From Squalus acanthias (Eukaryota), in contig CM059432.1 in NCBI GenBank assembly GCA_030390025.1, forward strand, positions 29,080,001-29,144,000: 64,000 nucleotides of DNA. Direction: 5' to 3'. Of the stretch, positions 59,550 through 64,000 are shown piece after piece. Position numbers and translations under genes: made by a program. Positions within the stretch are counted from its first letter, which is position 1; the number at the start of each line of letters is the position of its first letter. Under the pieces are notes generated by a model. It saw only the letters and a list, made by a program, of their open reading frames with translations. It searched no databases and was not told the origin of the DNA.

Positions 59550-59973
59550 GCCTCCGCAAGTAGCCTTGGATGGCTTCCTGCCAACCAACGGAAACAGTAC
59601 AGCCTGTCTTCTTTGAACTGCCACGACCAAGGCCTCGAGTGCAGCATCCGAAATCATTTGTGCTCTCTCTCTATGTTGCTGAACCATGTCTTCAGCTTGA
59701 CTGACAATGAGGTGCTGCTGCAACAAAGCACCTCCCCTTTAAGTAGTGCAGAGAGCCTGGGCCAAACATTATTGGTCATTCGACTGCACCCAATATTAGC
59801 CCACCTGTTCAGTGCTAAGCCAATCAGCAGCGCATTTAGCGTTGAGATTAGCGCTGCAATCCTGAGCAGGCAGCAAAAATTTTGCATGCTGTCTGGACCA
59901 CTTTCAACGAGCGCAGGCAAATAGCACTGGCCCTTGATACCGCCCGGTTTCGGGTCTAATCCAATTTCTTGGC
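59550..59973 (-). mobile_element. Harbinger-like remnant carrying the N-terminus of a Myb/SANT-like DNA-binding protein (59687-59550)
   Basis: MVQQHRERAQMISDAALEALVVAVQRRQAVLFP resembles the R.RA..FS..EL..LV..V..R...LF start of Harbinger Myb/SANT proteins; TIR-like end AATTTCTTGGC at about 59973. Confidence 0.6.
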
Positions 59974-60017
59974 AATTCATGTAAATTCCTATGTCCGCTA
60001 TTTTAGCGAAAACATTA

Positions 60018-60298
60018 ATCATAGAATCATAGAATGGTTACAGCACAGAAGGAGGCCATTTGGCCCATTGAACCTGTGGCAGCTCTCTGCAAGAGCACTT
60101 CAGCTAGTCCCGCCCTTTCCCCGCAGCCCTGCAATTTATTTCCTTCAGGTACGTATCCAATTCCCTTTTGAAAGCAACGATTGAGTCTGCCTCCACCCTC
60201 CTTTCAGGCAGTGCATTCCAGATCCTAACCACTCGCTGCGTAAAAAGGTTTTTCCTCATGTCACCTTTGGTTCTTTCATGTCGCCTTTGGTTCTTAAT
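60018..60298 (-). mobile_element. CR1 3' end
   Basis: (ATTCTATG)n tail and UTR similar to 37413-37700. Confidence 0.85.
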
Positions 60299-60849
60299 CT
60301 GTTTACTTTAAATGGGTAGCACCTTTATTAAATTGGCAGCCATAGGAATTTTATATGAGTATATTTGAAACCAATACTGTGCAATGTGATTTCACCCCAG
60401 TAATGGTTGGAGTAGCGTCCACGGTGGGTCGTGCATGGTCTGTGGAAGGAGCATTCTTGATGGATCATATAGAGTAGACTTAATACATTTGCACTCCAGG
60501 CATGGCAGGAGTGCATATGGCGAACTTGGGAATGAAAGTCAGCACATCGCATGGATTTTTCTGTTCATTAAAACAGGACATGTTTAAAGTCCATGAGAAA
60601 TTTCTGATAGGGCTGATTCCCCTATTGGGCGCTCCCAGTGTGGAATGGCACTCGCAGGGGTCACTGGTTGGGAAATTTTCAGGACGACAATCCCTGATTT
60701 TCTGACTATTAATTTGCATGCAAAAAAACTCGGGGTGATTTTCCAACGTGCCCCTCTCCTCGCTGGAAGCACCTGACCAGACAGTCAGCTCTCAGCAAGA
60801 GAAGCTCTGCGTTGGGAGTGCAGAATCTAAAATCCACCCATACATCAGC

Positions 60850-61640
60850 CTTGGCTCAATGGTAGCCCCACTCCAGAGACTTGAGCACAACATTTATGCT
60901 AACACTAGTTCAGTACCTGAGGGAGTAACATCACCCATCTCCATCCCTGCCTCAGCTCATCTGCTGCTGAAACCCTCATCCATGCCTTTGCTACTTCTAG
61001 ACTCGACAATTCCAATGCTCTCTTGGCCGGTCTCCCACCTTGCACCCTCCGTAAACTTGAGCTGCCCAGATCCTAATTTGCACAAGTACCATTCATCCAT
61101 CACCCCTGTAGTCGCTGACCTACATTGGCTCCCCCTCTCTCTCCTCCTTTAAGACGCTCCTGAAAACCTACCTCTTTGACCCAGTTTTGGTCACCTGTCC
61201 TAATGTCTCTTTATGTGGCTCGGTGTCAGATTTTGTTTGATTATGGCTCTTGTGAAGCACCTTGGGACGTTTTACTACGTACTATATGAATGCAAGTTGT
61301 TGTTGTTCTTGAATGTTGCACTGTCGGAGGTGCCGTCTTGTGGATTAGATGCTAAATTGAGGCCCTATCTGCCCTCTCAGGTGGATGTAAAAGATCCCAT
61401 AGCTCTATTCGAAGAAGAGCAGGGGAGTTTTCCCCAGTATCTTGGCCAACATTTATCCCTCAACAAACATCACTAAATCATATCATCTATTCATGTATCT
61501 CATTGCTGTTCGTGGGACCTTGCTGTGCACAAATTGCTTTCTGAATTTCTCTACATTTGAGCAATGACTACACTTTAAAAGTACTTCATTGGCTGTAAAG
61601 CGCTTTGGGACATCCTGAGGTTAGTATAAACACAAGTTCT
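60850..61640 (+). mobile_element. Deu-type SINE interrupted by a deleted L2 3' fragment (about 60927-61306)
   Basis: SINE head ends GTACCTGAGGGAGT; the L2 piece ends in (TTG)n; the SINE resumes TGCACTGTCGGAGGTGCCGTC. Confidence 0.75.
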
Positions 61641-62229
61641 TTCCTTAATTGTGCATTGCCAACTCTCCTTTTGTAGTACCCTGCGTCATCTCAATCCACA
61701 ACATTTTCTTACCTCTTCCCCCCTCCCCCACACAATAAAACTACTTGGAAGGACATGAGTTTGAGAAAACTTTAAAATTTGCTAAAGTTATCTAAAAAGG
61801 GAAAATAATGTTAATTTTCTGCACTGAAGTATCGGTGAGTAAAGGTTGCGAGGGCTGATCTTATTGAGGGCAGTTGCTTCCATTTGAAAATTCCATGAAA
61901 TGAATTTAGCAGAAGCGATTTTTCACTCTTTCTCTTCATAAAATTGATTCAAATATCACCATTTTGCCCCAAAATATGCTGCCATAGCAGTACACACTTT
62001 CCATATTTCAACTTCAAATCACCATTGTGGTTTTGATATTCTGAACCAGCATTTCAGGTTAGGGTATTTAGGGGGGAAAAAACACACTTTTACTTAGACG
62101 TTTAGGATTATTTCTTTTTTCTCTTTGTTTTCCCTAATGCTCTGAAAGTACATGATTCCTGTAGGGATCAGGCGTTTATTTGTGGGGAAATTGATTGTGG
62201 AGTGTGGCACCTCTGGGGCCCTATGCTGC

Positions 62230-62510
62230 AGTCAGTCACAGCACCGAGGAAACGCGCAGGCCAATTCATCACCCTGTCAAATCCGTGACAGCTCTTCATA
62301 AATACACCACAATGAGCCACGCAGCCAGCTCAATAGCACGAAAGCAGCCCTCATCCCAAGCAATTTAGTAACTTTCGAGTTTTCTGCAGAAGAAAATCGA
62401 GAGATAGAGCAAGAGTGTGTGAGTGAGTGAGTGTGAGCAAGCTCCAGCCACAGTCTCATTCACAGATTCGCAAGAGGAAATAGGGCTTTTCTTTTAAAAG
62501 AGACGTAATT
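62230..62510 (+). promoter_or_regulatory. Candidate Pol II promoter and non-coding first exon
   Basis: Non-repetitive; CCAAT at 62261, opposed TGTCA/TGACAG at 62275-62291, TATA-like CATAAATA at 62297, possible donor GTAATT at 62505. Confidence 0.35.
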
Positions 62511-62752
62511 ATGATACAAATGGTTTATTGTTGAAACTGCCACCAAAACATGCTGGGGAAAAACTGAAACTGGTTACTTGTATATCCTGGAGTTTTTATT
62601 AGAATTTTCCTGTCCTCGTTTTGATTGAACTCTCATTTCCTGAATTTCTTTTGGTATTTTGTACACTTATTTTTTACAAATTTTTATTTTTCTTCTGTCC
62701 CTGTCTCACTCTTTTTCTCTCATTTTACCTGCAACATCTGTCTCTTTTGCTC

Positions 62753-63393
62753 TAGAAACACAGAAACATAGAAAAATGGGAGCAGGAGTAGGCCATTCAG
62801 CCCTTCGAGCCTGCTCCGCCATTCAATATGATCATGGCTGATCCTCTATCTCAATACCATATTCCCGCTCTCTCCCCATACCTCTTGATGCCTTTTGTGT
62901 CTAGAAATCTATCTATCTCCCTCTTAAGTATATTCAGTGAATTGGCTTCCACAACCTCTGTGGTAGAGAATTCCACAGGTTCACCACCCTCTGAGTGAAG
63001 AAATTTCTCCTCATCTCAGTCCTAAATGTCCTACCCCATATTCTGAGATTGTGACCCCTCGTTCTAGACCCCCGAGCCAGGGGAAACATCCTCTCTGCAT
63101 CCAGTCTGTCTAGCCCTGTCAGAATTTTATACGTTTCAATGAGATCCCCTCTCATTTTTCTAAACTCCAGTGAATACAGGCCTAGTCGACCCAATCTCTC
63201 CTCATATGACAGTCCTGCCATCCCAGGAATCAGTCTGGTGAACCTTCGCTGCACTCCCTCTATGGCAAGTATATCCTTTCTTAGGGAAGGAGACCAAAAC
63301 TGCACACAGTACTCCAGGTGTGGTCTCACCAAGGCCCTGTATAACTGTAGTAAGACATCCTTGCTCCTGTACACAAATCCTCTTGCAATGAAG
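62753..63393 (-). mobile_element. CR1 3' fragment joined at its 5' side to a MITE half (63394-63746)
   Basis: ORF 62934-63578 is CR1 only from FIARGF onward; (TTTCTATG)n tail; the MITE half ends GGAAAATCCACCC. Confidence 0.88.
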
Positions 63394-64000
63394 AGGAGTC
63401 CAGAAGTAAGTTCCTCTTTATTTTTGTGGGCCAGGAGGAGCAGGAGTGCTCCTCCAGTCTCCATAAGACCAGCCCGAGTCGCTGGCGTTCCGGCTCCCCC
63501 ATTCAGACATTGGGGCCCACCCCACAAGGACCTACCTTCTTTGGGCTCGGGGGCTGGCAATGCCGCCCGATATCTCAACGGCTCAGAGCCGGCAGGACTA
63601 AACCTGGGGCACTCAATCTCTGGCTACAGACCACTGTCTCAATGCTAATGAGGCCCGGCCCTTAAAATAGACCAGGACTACTGGGCAACCAACCAATGCG
63701 TTCCTCTAGCCAGTTGCCTGAAGTCCACTCAGTGGAAAATCCACCCAGAATTTCTTTAATAAAAGTGAGCACTCTATAAAGACTCAGTCAGACCCCTTCA
63801 AAGAGATGCCCTATTTGTTCCCTTTAAATAGCAGCATACTCTCTGCTTGGTGAAGGGAGTGAGAGTGTTCTAAAGGTGAGAGCATTGCAGAACAGATGAT
63901 CCCCTACCATGAAAGGAAAAGAAGTGTGTTCAAACCCATCTAGCCCTTGTCCCTCGCACATACATAGAGGCTTTCTAGAGTCTCCCATTCCAGTTCAGTA

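Noticed and set aside
62934..63578. 214-aa ORF with a novel N-terminus fused to an RT C-terminal domain
   Set aside because: Chance read-through from a MITE half into a truncated CR1 that also ends in a frameshift.

Overview
This window is eukaryotic, repeat-dominated, non-coding (intergenic or intronic) DNA. Its repeat set points to a cartilaginous fish, most likely a shark (inference): CR1 LINEs with (ATTCTATG/TTCTTATG)n tails, L2, RTE, a Penelope-like element, Deu-domain SINEs and an LF-SINE-like remnant. I found no host protein-coding exon I can support; every ORF with a recognisable domain belongs to a transposable element. Contents: more than a dozen CR1 fragments (two with uninterrupted ORF2 segments of 832 and 458 aa, one retaining the ORF1 esterase); a second, divergent CR1-like LINE and a SINE that shares its 3' tail; a Penelope element with RT, GIY-YIG and a minimal hammerhead ribozyme; an RTE copy with a 5' inversion and 10-bp TSD; three solo-LTR candidates; one Tigger/pogo-like MITE; and about 15 non-autonomous elements with 3-bp TSDs that look PIF/Harbinger-derived. 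Several insertions are nested three layers deep and can be ordered from their TSDs. A candidate promoter and first exon lies near 62.3 kb. I cannot demonstrate a new biological system here. The best leads are mechanistic features of the elements. Family names rest on motif recognition and recalled consensus sequences, not database searches.
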